A stretch of 64,000 nt of DNA from a virus. Position 1 is the stretch's first letter. Each line of letters starts with the position of its first letter. The position numbers and the translations under genes are program-made. The DNA lies in the IMG/VR virus record IMGVR_UViG_3300025570_000007, one strand, 5' to 3'. Below the pieces are notes generated by a model, which did no database searches, had not been told where the DNA came from, and saw nothing but the letters and a program-made list of their open reading frames with translations. This document shows, piece by piece, positions 1 to 11,017 of this stretch.

Positions 1-21
1 AGTTACATTTATAAGAACTAC

Positions 22-142
22 GCCTAACAAAGTATATAGCAAATAGCTCTTTTATGTATTTAATAAGTCTTTTCATTATTCAAAATTTCGTTTTATTTAA
101 TTAATTCGGTGTTGGCTACTTGCCATATACAACAACGTTATA
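22..142. repeat. attC-like imperfect palindrome 1
   Basis: GCCTAAC...GTTATAA ends; inner arms gtatatagcaaatagc / gctacttgccatatac are imperfect reverse complements. Confidence 0.45.
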
Positions 143-159
143 AACAATTAAAAAAGACA

Positions 160-285
160 TACAACAATAAATATAAGTAATAAGGTCGTTATGCTCCAAG
201 CAATCTAATTGGCTCTTATTTATACGTTTGCAACCGTGTCCAAAGCCTGTATGAACCTTACTACTCGTATACTTAACCGTTAGCA
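160..285. repeat. attC-like imperfect palindrome 2
   Basis: TACAAC...GTTAGCA ends; inner arms tataagtaataagg / ccttactactcgtata; tandem with element 1. Confidence 0.4.
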
Positions 286-289
286 AACA

Positions 290-553
290 TTAGTATAATG
301 ATATTGCCATACATATTAATCCAAGTAATCCACCAAAAGCCATTCCTATAAGAAAGTTTGTTGAGTTAAAACGTTTACTAACACTAAATATACCCAATAT
401 GTCATTTAGTGCTTCCTCTTGGGTTATCTCGTTATTTTTAGCTAATCTTATTATTAGCTTTATTCTGTGTTTATCCATACTGTATAGATTCTTTACATTA
501 CATCCTTTCCTGTCTTCCATATTTACTCCACTGGTACACTCCATCCTTCTCAT
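290..553 (-). CDS. hypothetical protein with C-terminal TM helix
   Basis: ORF on the coding strand; start uncertain. Confidence 0.5.
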   Translation of the reverse strand: MRRMECTSGVNMEDRKGCNVKNLYSMDKHRIKLIIRLAKNNEITQEEALNDILGIFSVSKRFNSTNFLIGMAFGGLLGLICMAISLY

Positions 554-961
554 GATAGGCTACTTCCTCGTCGTACATTTCTCTGGATATCAATCCTTTA
601 TGGTACTTTACTGTTACCGCCATTATACGGAAAGGAGTATATACTATACCGTCCTTCTGCCAACATTTGACATCCTCCAACCATACCATACCTTTTTTCT
701 TATATCTACTCATTAACACTCTTCCATTATTCTGATGTTTTTATTAATGATTACTGCATTCTAGGTGATAGTTTAAAGTTAGTATTCTATCATCGTATCG
801 TATCTCTCTATTAAGGTAAGGGTATTGTTTTTGTATCCATCCATGACATACAAAGCATTGACGTCTCCTTCTTGCACGTTTAACCGATTCTTTCTTAATA
901 TTACCGTATCCGGTTAAGTATCTTACTTTTTTCATCCTATAATGGTTAATGCAGTTCGTCA

Positions 962-1004
962 AAAATGCGCGATGCACCTTCGGTAGAGATGAAACGCCCC
1001 CTCC
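962..1004 (-). repeat. GC-rich ~43-bp element, copy 1
   Basis: aaaatgcgcgatgcaccttcggtagagatgaaacgccccc, near-identical to 32193-32235. Confidence 0.75.
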
Positions 1005-1159
1005 TACCTTTTGTAGATTCTCAACTCCATCTGCTCTATATTAATCTTAGCAGTATAAATCTTTGGATCGTACTTCTCTTTAAGCTTTCCTATCATCCAC
1101 TTATTCTTACTATAGTTCTCCATGGACTTTATAGTCCTAAATTTTCTTTCTATTAGCAT

Positions 1160-1195
1160 ACCTAAATATAAGAAATATAGATACGCTAGTCAACT
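1160..1195 (-). promoter_or_regulatory. Bacteroidota-type -33/-7 phage promoter
   Basis: minus strand AGTTG-N~17-TTCTTATATTTAGG; recurring intergenic motif. Confidence 0.6.
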
Positions 1196-1261
1196 ATTTC
1201 TTTAAGTTCTTTTAAAGTATTTTGACAGATTATTAGTTACTTTTCTAACAGATTAAACTTA

Positions 1262-1795
1262 TCATACTGTTGGTTTTCCGAACATTACTTTTCTATATTT
1301 TTTTCCTCCTAAAACACGATCATATGAACCATCGTCATACATTTCTATTTCTTTACCCTTAAGGGCCTTACGTATTGTGTCTTCGTCTGTAACTTGTGTT
1401 ACATTTGCCTTAGATAAGATATCAGCCATTTTACCTGATGCTTCAATATAGGTTCCGGAATTACTTAATTTACTTATTGTACGACCTATTGAACCTCTTT
1501 TACCTTGGCTTGAACCATCATGTCCTAAACCAACATACTTAGTTCCACCTGATCTTTTTTTAGTTACTGTAACAGCATCTATTTCTGGGTCATCATCTAA
1601 GTCGATAACTTCATAATCTGAACCTGCTAAATCACTTACTGATTTATAGTTAGGGTGACCGCCAATTGGTCCGTAAGCATTTTGAATTAAGTCTAAGATG
1701 TTACCTTCTACATCTTTAAGTTCTGATGATGATATAGGTTTCCATTTATTTTTTGGTATATCTATCTCATTTAGAAGGTCTATTAATTTAATCAT
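1262..1795 (-). CDS. hypothetical phage protein
   Basis: 177-aa ORF overlapping the upstream stop (ATGA). Confidence 0.75.
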   Translation of the reverse strand: MIKLIDLLNEIDIPKNKWKPISSSELKDVEGNILDLIQNAYGPIGGHPNYKSVSDLAGSDYEVIDLDDDPEIDAVTVTKKRSGGTKYVGLGHDGSSQGKRGSIGRTISKLSNSGTYIEASGKMADILSKANVTQVTDEDTIRKALKGKEIEMYDDGSYDRVLGGKKYRKVMFGKPTV

Positions 1796-2253
1796 AAGTA
1801 AGTATGTTTACTATACATAGTGGTAAAAACATCAAGTGGCGTCCTATGTCCCATACCCTCAATTTCATCATATTCAGCTTTATTACCAAAAATAGACCAT
1901 AACTTCTTAGTTAACTCAGGATTAATAACATTATCTTCAGTACCTAAAATAATGGTACGTTTATAAGTATTATTATAATATTCATAATCTGGGTCTATTT
2001 CTCTGCTATGTAAAGCAGGATTAAATAATAAAACATCAACTCCTAATCTTGAACCAATAACATCCGCAACATAACCACCCATACTAGAGCCAATAATTAA
2101 ATCAGGAATACCTAATGTAAGTATAAACTCATGTAAGTTTAAAGTTTCATAATTCATTCCGGGTGCATAAACCATCCCTTTTGTTGATAAGAAATTCACT
2201 TTATAACCTCCCTGTTCGCTTTCTAAACCGTGTAGATATACTATTTTTTTCAT
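1792..2253 (-). CDS. alpha/beta hydrolase (YqiA/YcfP-like esterase)
   Basis: YLHG, GSSMGG nucleophile elbow, Asp and GH catalytic motifs. Confidence 0.8.
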   Translation of the reverse strand: MKKIVYLHGLESEQGGYKVNFLSTKGMVYAPGMNYETLNLHEFILTLGIPDLIIGSSMGGYVADVIGSRLGVDVLLFNPALHSREIDPDYEYYNNTYKRTIILGTEDNVINPELTKKLWSIFGNKAEYDEIEGMGHRTPLDVFTTMYSKHTYL

Positions 2254-2272
2254 AACCTATTGTTTTAATTAT

Positions 2273-2308
2273 ACCTAAATATACGAATAATAACTATGTC
2301 AATCAACT
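2273..2308 (-). promoter_or_regulatory. -33/-7 phage promoter
   Basis: AGTTG...TTCGTATATTTAGG upstream of the esterase gene. Confidence 0.65.
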
Positions 2309-2593
2309 TTACCTCTCTAGTATTTTTATAACTTTTGGAAGAATATCTAGTTTAGCTGATCGGTACGGTGTCATTGTCTTTCCTAGCTTAGGTCGTATTA
2401 GCTCAGCCATTTCACTTTTAGCATAGTTAAGTGTATCTCTTATGTTCTTCTCTCTGTCATTCTCTAACCCCTTCTCATACGATTCTATAAGTAGTTCTAA
2501 ATCTTGTATAATCATTAAAGTCTCTATACCTTCTGAGGTTTTAAGCTTCTCTGATATTCTTAGGATTTCTTTAATTAGACCTATTCGTGTCAT
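2309..2593 (-). CDS. hypothetical protein
   Basis: 94-aa ORF on coding strand. Confidence 0.6.
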   Translation of the reverse strand: MTRIGLIKEILRISEKLKTSEGIETLMIIQDLELLIESYEKGLENDREKNIRDTLNYAKSEMAELIRPKLGKTMTPYRSAKLDILPKVIKILER

Positions 2594-2796
2594 AATTCTG
2601 TTTGACTATTCTTACTATTGCTTCCGGAAATAGCTCCTTCCCATTTGTAGGCTATACTTTGATTAACTAACGGTAGATGGTATTCTATAATCTCGTTTTG
2701 GTAGTTACGGTCTGTATAAACTTCTTCACTTTCTTTTTCAATTATTATTCCCATCTTTTCTTTTTTTTAACATTATAGAAATCGTAGCAGACCTAC

Positions 2797-3168
2797 CTAC
2801 TGTGTACTGTGTGTAGCCCGGTAGGAACGTAGTTGCTGTTCTAATGTCTTTTCGTAAACATCTACATGTTCTTTTGTCGATTTCTTCTCCTGTGCCTGTC
2901 CTACTTGCAGTAGCCATGTCTTTACATCTGCTCTTAATGTTCTACTTGTGAAGACTTCCTTAGCTATCGCTAATGGCTTACACCTTTCCGAGACTGGTTT
3001 TAAAAATTCTACCTGTGTTCTAAGATTTAGTGCGTTTTGCTGTTGTTTTGTAAGTGACCGGAGTCCGCACCACCTACTTTGAACTCTTCTTACTTTCTTC
3101 GAGTCTCTTTCTAAGATCTCTTGAGGGATTTCTTCCTTTATAAAAGGACTGCGTTTCTTGTATGGCAT
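2797..3168 (-). CDS. hypothetical basic protein
   Basis: 123-aa ORF directly downstream of a promoter motif. Confidence 0.65.
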   Translation of the reverse strand: MPYKKRSPFIKEEIPQEILERDSKKVRRVQSRWCGLRSLTKQQQNALNLRTQVEFLKPVSERCKPLAIAKEVFTSRTLRADVKTWLLQVGQAQEKKSTKEHVDVYEKTLEQQLRSYRATHSTQ

Positions 3169-3192
3169 AACTAATTAATTTTGTTTAATAAT

Positions 3193-3229
3193 ACCTAAAT
3201 ATACGAAAGATATTATAGTTTAGCAACTT
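3193..3229 (-). promoter_or_regulatory. -33/-7 phage promoter
   Basis: AGTTG...TTCGTATATTTAGG. Confidence 0.65.
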
Positions 3230-3608
3230 AAGTATTGGTAAAATTTCTGATTACTAAAAGACCATTTTGGCTTGTTTCCTTTCTGGTAAGTTAGTGTAGC
3301 ATCTATTGTACGTATTGTTGCTAATACGTTACTCTTAGTCTGTACAACATACTTTCCTGATTTCTCCGGTAATTCTTTACTCCATTTCATGACCAATCCC
3401 AATCGTTGTAAACTAACCTAAACTGATTCTGCCCTTTAAGGTATATTTCTCCGTAATCGTCTATATACCATTTAAAATCTTCATTTACTATATCAGGAGC
3501 TCCAAAGTGTGATGTAAATACGCTTCCGGAAGGGTACTTTTCTCTTAATATCTTCTCTATAACATTCCTGTAAGGAGTGAGTTGTTTAGCCATATACTGT
3601 TACTGTTA

Positions 3609-4427
3609 TTATAAGTTTTCTTTAATCCAATCTTTTAAAGTTGTTTTGTAATTAGAATATATTTCAAAATCACTATTAAGTTTGTTAAATAATATAGTAA
3701 CCTCTTCTCTACTATACATCTTCTCATTTGAAGGTTTAACTAATGTAGTTTTACATTTATTACAATACACTTTAGTTCCTACCCAATGTAATCGTTTAAA
3801 TGGATGTTCACATGTTTCAACTGAAGTAATAGTAACTTCATTGTTTTGGTTTAGTTTAATAGTATACCAAGTTTCACAACCATTAACATCACAAAGTTTC
3901 ATATCAGTTAAACAAGGTGTCACTCCTTCTATAGTACATTTATGATTAACTTCATACTCAACTTCCCACTCTCCATCTGGATTAGAAACATATTCTTTTA
4001 TGAATGATTGTTGTACTTGTGGTACAGATGTGCATTTATGTTTAACTAACTGTCCATCATAATGATGTCCAGCTTCATTACGTATATCTAATTTACATTT
4101 ATTACAATTAGTAAGCTTAGGGTCAGTAGTTGCTATGATTTTTCTATCATTCCAATGTACTTCATCTATGTCTTCAACTAAATAAGGTTCAGCATCTTTA
4201 AAAGGTTTACGTTCAGTAGCACACTCTAAATACATAGCCCAATCACCTACTTGAATAGGCTCTACATCTTGTGATACTGTGATGTATGCGTATTGAGGTT
4301 TACAGCAATTAGATTTTTGAGCATCTTTTTCTAGAACAATTAAATCCATATCCCAATTATATACAATCTGTCCTTTTTTACCGTAACCTTCTGTTGGTAG
4401 CATTACTACCTGTATTGGTTGTTTCAT
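3609..4427 (-). CDS. hypothetical Cys-rich phage protein
   Basis: 272 aa with several CxxC/CxH motifs. Confidence 0.7.
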   Translation of the reverse strand: MKQPIQVVMLPTEGYGKKGQIVYNWDMDLIVLEKDAQKSNCCKPQYAYITVSQDVEPIQVGDWAMYLECATERKPFKDAEPYLVEDIDEVHWNDRKIIATTDPKLTNCNKCKLDIRNEAGHHYDGQLVKHKCTSVPQVQQSFIKEYVSNPDGEWEVEYEVNHKCTIEGVTPCLTDMKLCDVNGCETWYTIKLNQNNEVTITSVETCEHPFKRLHWVGTKVYCNKCKTTLVKPSNEKMYSREEVTILFNKLNSDFEIYSNYKTTLKDWIKENL

Positions 4428-5059
4428 AGTTATAAGTTTTCTTTACTTATTAAAATCTCTACAATCAACACACATTTCGCTACATTTTGCACCCTCACCA
4501 TAAGTATCTGCATCGTGGCAAATAAACGATTTGCTAACACTACCTATACGTAATTGCTTTATTTCTGCTTCTAAAGAATCTATGTATAACTCTTGGTCTG
4601 CTATCAATTGTATTTTTGTAGCCTTATTAATATAATCTTTTCTATCAGGTCTTTTCATCAAAGATTGTCTTACTCCTCAAGGTCTATGGCGACCCAGAAA
4701 ATTGCCATAAAGATCGCTATACATGTAAATATCGAGCTTGTCGCTCTAGCTGTTTCTGACCATAATAAAGGATTAATTTCCAGGGTTATGAATGCCGAAG
4801 TAGCGTATATTGCTACTATTGCTAATAATGCTATTAAGAATGTCTTCATAAGCTTCCTTTTAATTTACTTATCTGAATTTGAGTATCTAGAATACCTTCC
4901 TCTTGGTCAATTATGCTCATTTCCAACATTCCTAATGCGTAGGCTTGTATCATATAACTCTGCATTTCAGGTTCGAGATTTCTAAATCCTAATTCTTCTA
5001 GGTTTTGTGTAGCTATTTGGGTTCTCTCTTCGTCTGTAATTGTCATGGTCTTCTATCTA

Positions 5060-5332
5060 TTAACGTATTAGAATTGAATCTGTAACCTTTGCACAATCTT
5101 TTAACAGTATCTTATAAGAAGTGACACTGTCTGTTAATAGTATATTGTTACCTGCTTTAATAGTTCCATTCTCTAACAACACTAGATTCGGATTATCAGA
5201 ATAAAATATGAAATTTAATGTATCGACTGTGGCATCGAAACGAGTCGCCTCTACGGAGTAATTACATTTTCTAACTTCTCCACATCCTACTCCTACGAAG
5301 GATAATACTAATACTAATAATACTTTTTTCAT
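5060..5332 (-). CDS. putative lipoprotein
   Basis: MKK + hydrophobic stretch + VGC lipobox. Confidence 0.6.
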   Translation of the reverse strand: MKKVLLVLVLSFVGVGCGEVRKCNYSVEATRFDATVDTLNFIFYSDNPNLVLLENGTIKAGNNILLTDSVTSYKILLKDCAKVTDSILIR

Positions 5333-5686
5333 TTTGTTAATTTATTTAAATAGTTTTTAATTGTTTCTAAATATACGAAATATATTTTAAATATCAAAGT
5401 GCTAAGTGTTAAAGTCTTATATTAATCAATATCTAATATTCCGGTTACTTCTGCTAATGGTACAACTACCACCACATCCTTTAATTCCATTCTGCTAAAA
5501 ATAATGCGTACATTAGTCCTACTATTATTATGACATCCCCAAGTACGCAGCTGATTACATATGCTCCCATTAGTAGCTTCCTCCATGGTGGAGATTGTTC
5601 ATAATACTCTACAGGATTTTCTACTTGAGGCCCTAAGCCTATGAAGTTTATGAATCCCATAAGTGCGAAAAATATTGCTAGTCTTA

Positions 5687-6214
5687 TCATAATCTCTTAA
5701 ATCTCTTACCTACCCTAATTAGTCCGTTAAGTTTCCATTCACTATCTAAGTCTTGGTCCCATATCACCATATCTTCTCTAGTATCGTAACTCCACAATCC
5801 TCCTATGAAGAAATTAGACTTACCTATAAAAATATCTCCTCCTATTTGAAACCCTACTAAAGGATATGATCCGTAAAGTTCTCTCTTAATAATACCCAGC
5901 TTTATTCCTGTATAGGCTCTTGCTGTCCTACTTCTGTTATGAATATTAAATCCCAAAGGTGTTGCACTTAGTTCAAAGTAAGTCTTCCCATTTAAGTCCG
6001 GAAATACAAACACCTGTGCATTAAAGTACATCTGAGTCATCTGGTATTCTATACCTCCTCCTACGTTAATCCCATCTTTAGCGGTAGCTACAGGATCTGA
6101 GAGTATAAAGTATTGAAATCCTATATCCTGTGTGTAGGCTAGTAGGGGTATTAGCAGTATTGCTGTAAATATTACAACTCTATTTCTCATGGTCCGTCTT
6201 TTTCTCGATTTCAT
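5687..6214 (-). CDS. putative small outer-membrane beta-barrel protein
   Basis: signal peptide; alternating amphipathic Gly/aromatic strands; C-terminal VGKRF. Confidence 0.5.
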   Translation of the reverse strand: MKSRKRRTMRNRVVIFTAILLIPLLAYTQDIGFQYFILSDPVATAKDGINVGGGIEYQMTQMYFNAQVFVFPDLNGKTYFELSATPLGFNIHNRSRTARAYTGIKLGIIKRELYGSYPLVGFQIGGDIFIGKSNFFIGGLWSYDTREDMVIWDQDLDSEWKLNGLIRVGKRFKRL

Positions 6215-6876
6215 CTACCCTGTCTTCGAGAGAATCTATCTGGTCCTCAAGGGAACTGATAGCATCAGATGTCTTATCGAAGAATTTTTGGGACAGTTCT
6301 ATAAATGTCTTTTGGGTCTTAACTAAAGCAGTCGACCTTTCTAACTCTCTCACTCTATTCCTAAGCATAGACACGTCGATCAGTAACCCTACGCAGAATA
6401 AAGCTAATATACTAATTAGTCCTATCATTATTTCTTAGATGTGTTAGAGTTTCTAAATAATATTCCACAAAGCAGGTTAAGTCCTAATGCTTGCCAGAAT
6501 GAGATTGGATGTGTTCCGTCTACTGCAGATAGTAAACATCCGTTCCACAGCAGTTGTAATAGCCATGCTAGTAGTATGGCTATTGCCACCACTACTACCA
6601 CTACTGCTATAATTGTACCTAATCTTTCCATATTAGTAAAATATAAATTTTTGATTTGTTTTAACGTTCGTAAACGACCTAGTTATACTTCTTCCTCTTG
6701 GCTTTCTTTCTAACTGTTGGTAGGTTATTCCTTTTATTTCAATATGCATTCCTTCCATCACTGTTGGGGTAATCTTTGCATTTACTTTCCGGGATGAGAT
6801 AAAGTAGCATTCATTGTTATTGTTCATATAATCTAAGTAGGTTAAGTTTAATTAAAAGCTCTTTCAGAGCCCATTA

Positions 6877-7722
6877 CTATTGTACTAAGTCAGAAGCTAG
6901 TCTGAATAGTTTTTTATTTACTTCAAGGTCTTTTTCAAAAGAAGTAATCTTGCGAACTTTTCTAACTTTAGCACCTTTTAGTGCTGCATGGAAGTCTCCT
7001 TGAGTGATTTTTTCTTGAATAATATTAAAGACTGCCCAAAGGTCATCTCCTTCATCGGCTTTTCTTTTAGGCTCTAGTATATCTTCAATTGTTTCTTCAT
7101 CATACTCGTACTTTGATTTATCCTCTTCTTTAACTCCTGCTCTAATTAGTAAAGCATCTAGTGCAAGTTGATTCTTTTCTTCTTGAGTAAGTACCTTTTT
7201 CTTCATTTGATTCATCACCTCTACTCTCTTTGGAAGATCCTTTACTGCCTGGTCAACGACTTCTCTAAGTTCTGTAAAAGTATACCCTTTGTGTGCGATA
7301 CGAAAGTCTGAGAATTTTTCATCAGCAACTACTAGTCCGTTTGAGCATACTAACCTAAATATTCCTACTGAGAATCTGAATGATTGTAATCCGTCATGAC
7401 TGTTTGACATAATAATCCTTGGAAATGCGTCATCTCCTTCTTTACCTTTAATAATAATGTCAGGGTTTTGAAATGAGATCATATGCTTTGAATAGATCGT
7501 ACTAGCACCCCTACTCTTTCTCATAGCAGCTGTAACAGGTTTCCATCCTAACTTTGCTAAATCGTCAATAATTGTCTCGGAGTTAACAAATAAGTACTTA
7601 TCGGTAACGTCTGGGTTAGTAGCTCCTTTAGCGAAAGCAACTGGACATTGTTTACGTACTTGTTCTTTTGTAAGGTAAGAATTTAAACCTTTTTCGAATT
7701 TTGTAATAATTTCATTTTCCAT
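6877..7722 (-). CDS. DUF932/DUF945-family protein
   Basis: NSHDG..SF and GIFRLVCSNGLV motifs. Confidence 0.85.
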   Translation of the reverse strand: MENEIITKFEKGLNSYLTKEQVRKQCPVAFAKGATNPDVTDKYLFVNSETIIDDLAKLGWKPVTAAMRKSRGASTIYSKHMISFQNPDIIIKGKEGDDAFPRIIMSNSHDGLQSFRFSVGIFRLVCSNGLVVADEKFSDFRIAHKGYTFTELREVVDQAVKDLPKRVEVMNQMKKKVLTQEEKNQLALDALLIRAGVKEEDKSKYEYDEETIEDILEPKRKADEGDDLWAVFNIIQEKITQGDFHAALKGAKVRKVRKITSFEKDLEVNKKLFRLASDLVQ

Positions 7723-7747
7723 GATATAACCTTTTATTTATTTCTAT

Positions 7748-7783
7748 ACCTAAATATATGAAATATACCTAAGTAAAGCAACT
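7748..7783 (-). promoter_or_regulatory. -33/-7 phage promoter
   Basis: AGTTG...TTCATATATTTAGG. Confidence 0.6.
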
Positions 7784-8041
7784 AATTAAGTAACTTCTTA
7801 AAAAGCCTTTAAGAAAGTTCCGTCTTTGTCAGATAAAACTTGAACCTTAAACTCCTTATCTAAGTGAGAGATTACTTCTTCTCCTGCGAATTGCATATAC
7901 ATCGGAAAGGTCTGGGTAAAGATACTTTCCGGAAGTACGTCTTGCCCTTTCTCTCTTCTCTTCTCAGAATAATACGTATACACAGTTCCTATATTTATAT
8001 GTTGTGCATTTCTCATCTTAAGGTAGTCAGCTCTGTTCATA

Positions 8042-8344
8042 CTACTTCTGTTTTAGTACTTCTTTTCTTAGTAAATAAGCATCCAATGCTCTTTCACCCT
8101 CGTCTAATGTTTCGTAAATCTCTAAACACCTGTCTAGGGCCTGTTCCCACTGGCTAGATGTTAATGTTATTTCGTAAGTAAATTCTATGTTGTTAAAGCT
8201 GATTTCAAATAAGGTAGCTGTCTTTCTTTTATCTGCTAAAGCTTCTTGTATACTTTCGTAAATAGCATCTGTAATCCCAAGATCATTCTTAGTATCAAAC
8301 ATTCTCTCAAAGTCATCCTTATTACCAAAAACTAATTTCTTCAT
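8042..8344 (-). CDS. hypothetical protein
   Basis: 100-aa ORF in tightly packed operon. Confidence 0.7.
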   Translation of the reverse strand: MKKLVFGNKDDFERMFDTKNDLGITDAIYESIQEALADKRKTATLFEISFNNIEFTYEITLTSSQWEQALDRCLEIYETLDEGERALDAYLLRKEVLKQK

Positions 8345-8345
8345 A

Positions 8346-8672
8346 TTATAACCTATTTCCTGATATTTTTATTAATCTATCTGTGTGAGGAGTATTGACG
8401 ATTTTACCTGTACCTGTGTTTTTCACTTCTGTATTTGTTCCAGAAGCATAAACAGGTCCTCTATATACGATTACTTCCATCTTAGCATTAAAAACTTCTC
8501 CTTTACCTTGCACCTTTACCGGTTGAGTAATTCTCCTCTTTCCGTCAAATGATCGAAACTCTTTTGCTGTAGTCCTATACCATCCTTCGAGTCTAGGCAA
8601 CCATACTTCTAATACTCCTGCGGTATTAAAATCGTATTTAAGTTTTCCTGTATTTCCTCTTTTTTCTGCCAT
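8346..8672 (-). CDS. hypothetical protein
   Basis: 108-aa ORF starting immediately after a promoter motif (possibly leaderless). Confidence 0.7.
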   Translation of the reverse strand: MAEKRGNTGKLKYDFNTAGVLEVWLPRLEGWYRTTAKEFRSFDGKRRITQPVKVQGKGEVFNAKMEVIVYRGPVYASGTNTEVKNTGTGKIVNTPHTDRLIKISGNRL

Positions 8673-8709
8673 ACCCTAAATATACGAATTATTTAACAGT
8701 ATACCAACT

Positions 8710-9048
8710 TTAATCGTCTATTAAAGATATTTTAACATTCTCCCACTTGCCGTACTTCCTAGTTTTATTTACTAAGAAGTCTACCCGGTTTATCCACCTC
8801 TTATTCATCCTATCCTGTACTGTCCATATTCCATCTAAATCTCCAGCTCCTTCCACACAAACCTTAGCTCCAAAGACAAATCCATGTTTCTCCAAATCTC
8901 TTGAAACTGCTAACCACCTATGTCCGGCTGGATTATCTGGATTAATTTTACTAAGTGATGCTGTTGTTAGATAATCCTCGTTACATTGGGCAGGATCAGC
9001 GTGGTATATTGTTGCTGTTACGAGTAGTACTGTTAAAAGTGTTTTCAT
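8710..9048 (-). CDS. 3D-domain (MltA/RlpA-like) cell-wall-related protein
   Basis: TATIY, AVSRD, VQDRMN, RVDFL motifs. Confidence 0.75.
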   Translation of the reverse strand: MKTLLTVLLVTATIYHADPAQCNEDYLTTASLSKINPDNPAGHRWLAVSRDLEKHGFVFGAKVCVEGAGDLDGIWTVQDRMNKRWINRVDFLVNKTRKYGKWENVKISLIDD

Positions 9049-9541
9049 ATAGCTTACTATTTTAGTTAGTTACCTTTTTTTCAGCGATTTTAACTCGTTG
9101 AAATTTCATCTTATTTCTAAAACTACCTACTATGTCTTCTACTAAGTCCTGAGAAGGGTTTGCTTTTAGGAGCTGTAGTCTAGGAGTGTACATAGCTTCG
9201 TATCTGTTAATCTGTAGCTGTATATACTTTTTAGCGTTATGTAGCTGTTCTACTGTTTTGCAAGACTCTATTAGTCTATAGCCTTTCTTGCTCGATTTTT
9301 GAAAATACGTTAAATCATCTACTCCAATCATATTAGTTCTATTTGTTATAGATCTAAATATATGTATACTATTTCAATTAAGCAACTTTCTTTTAGAACA
9401 TATCTAGGAAAGAAGTTCCTATGTCTTTATCTTTTAGCTTCTCATTTCTTTCATGAAGCTTAACTAAATCGTCTGCTACTTGAACTGTACGAGGCTTTCT
9501 TGTTGGAAATGTATGCAGTTTCTTTTTCTGTTTCTTTGCCA

Positions 9542-10174
9542 TTATTGTCTTGAGATATACTTGTCACCCGGCTTTTCTTCTTCCTGATATAGGTTTAGGG
9601 ATTTAAGGTGTTCTATTTGATACTCGTCTAACTCCCAATCTACTTGTTCACCATTCTTATCTAAATAGTCTTCCATATCCTCTACTTGCTTCTCTGTAAT
9701 AGGAGAGACTGCGTAAAGAAATGAGCAATTGTAACACATGAACTCTAAATTATCTAGATTCCAATTCTTCTTATCTCCATTCTTATGATGAAGTACTAGA
9801 GGGATTTTTGTGTCAACAATACGCCTTTCAGTAAATCCACACCTACTACACTGTTCTTCTATAAGTGCTTCAAATAGTATTCTCTGTTTAATCTTCTTAG
9901 GATCAAAATGCTCTACTGGGATTCTTCCTTCAATTAGATCTAATATAGGAGGTTCTTTGCCGTTTCCTGATAAGTATTTCGGAATACCTTTTCCAGCCTG
10001 GTTCTTATGAGATTCAAATAAAGTTCGACCGTCTTCAGCTACATACATCTTCGCATACTTTTTGAAGTGTGTGAAAGAGACATGTAAGTACCTAGCAGCA
10101 GCTCGATTTGATCGAGTTGTCTTCATAGCTCTTTCGACATCTTCTTTCTTTAGTATTTTAGACGGTCTTCCCAT
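9542..10174 (-). CDS. HTH + HNH endonuclease-like protein
   Basis: CSRC..LHHKNGDKKN...NLEFMCYNC. Confidence 0.75.
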   Translation of the reverse strand: MGRPSKILKKEDVERAMKTTRSNRAAARYLHVSFTHFKKYAKMYVAEDGRTLFESHKNQAGKGIPKYLSGNGKEPPILDLIEGRIPVEHFDPKKIKQRILFEALIEEQCSRCGFTERRIVDTKIPLVLHHKNGDKKNWNLDNLEFMCYNCSFLYAVSPITEKQVEDMEDYLDKNGEQVDWELDEYQIEHLKSLNLYQEEEKPGDKYISRQ

Positions 10175-10563
10175 TAGTAATCTATCCCCTCAACTTCTCT
10201 AGACTCTTCTTCATCCTCTTCCTCTTCTTCTTCTTCTGGGTTAGGGTTTTTTGAGTCTTTTCTTATCGCATCCTCTACTTTATTGCTCATAGATGTTGAA
10301 TTATCGACTTCATCTACATCGAAGTACTCTATGTGAGCCCTCCTTCCTTCAGTCCTTGCAGCCTGTTCAGCAATTGCTTTAGCTTTATCTTGGTCCATTA
10401 TAATAAGATCATTATAAGTATGGTCACCTGACCCTTCTACTGTGGTGATTCCTACTACGGGTTTCACAGTTGAACAGTTTATGCAGACGTGAAAGCCTAA
10501 TTCTTTTCTCTTCTTTGGAAAATACAAGCCACATTTCGGGCAAGGTATCATTTCTAATGTCAT
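10174..10563 (-). CDS. C4 zinc-finger protein with acidic tail
   Basis: CPKC...CINC; poly-Glu C-terminus. Confidence 0.65.
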   Translation of the reverse strand: MTLEMIPCPKCGLYFPKKRKELGFHVCINCSTVKPVVGITTVEGSGDHTYNDLIIMDQDKAKAIAEQAARTEGRRAHIEYFDVDEVDNSTSMSNKVEDAIRKDSKNPNPEEEEEEEDEEESREVEGIDY

Positions 10564-10606
10564 TTATAACCTTCTTTAGTGTTAGTGTTTATGATAGGCT
10601 TGGGGC

Positions 10607-11011
10607 CTACTTTTGGTATCTCTGTATTACTTTCCATACATCTTCCGGAGCTTTAAAAGATACTGTTTCTTCTTGTTTTTGCACTTCTATTACGATTGTT
10701 CCATCCCATTCTGAGTCTGGTACTAGTTGGTATAGGTATAGCTGTATTAGTGCTAATTGCTCTTTATTGAAGGCTAGTTTAAATAAGTTCTCTATTACTG
10801 CAAAGAACTGATCTTCATAAACTGTCATATCCATACCTATCTCCTCCTCTAGAAACTCTCTCCTGTCTTCAATCTTCCTTAACTGTTCAAGTACTTCTAT
10901 AAAAAGTGTTTTGTTCATATTCTCCTGGGTAGGTTCGTTAACTTTTATACGGTATTTGAGATCAAGATGATTCTTGAGACTCTGTCGAATTACGTCTTTT
11001 AGCGATTTCAT
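10607..11011 (-). CDS. hypothetical protein
   Basis: 134-aa ORF. Confidence 0.7.
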   Translation of the reverse strand: MKSLKDVIRQSLKNHLDLKYRIKVNEPTQENMNKTLFIEVLEQLRKIEDRREFLEEEIGMDMTVYEDQFFAVIENLFKLAFNKEQLALIQLYLYQLVPDSEWDGTIVIEVQKQEETVSFKAPEDVWKVIQRYQK

Positions 11012-11017
11012 AATAAA

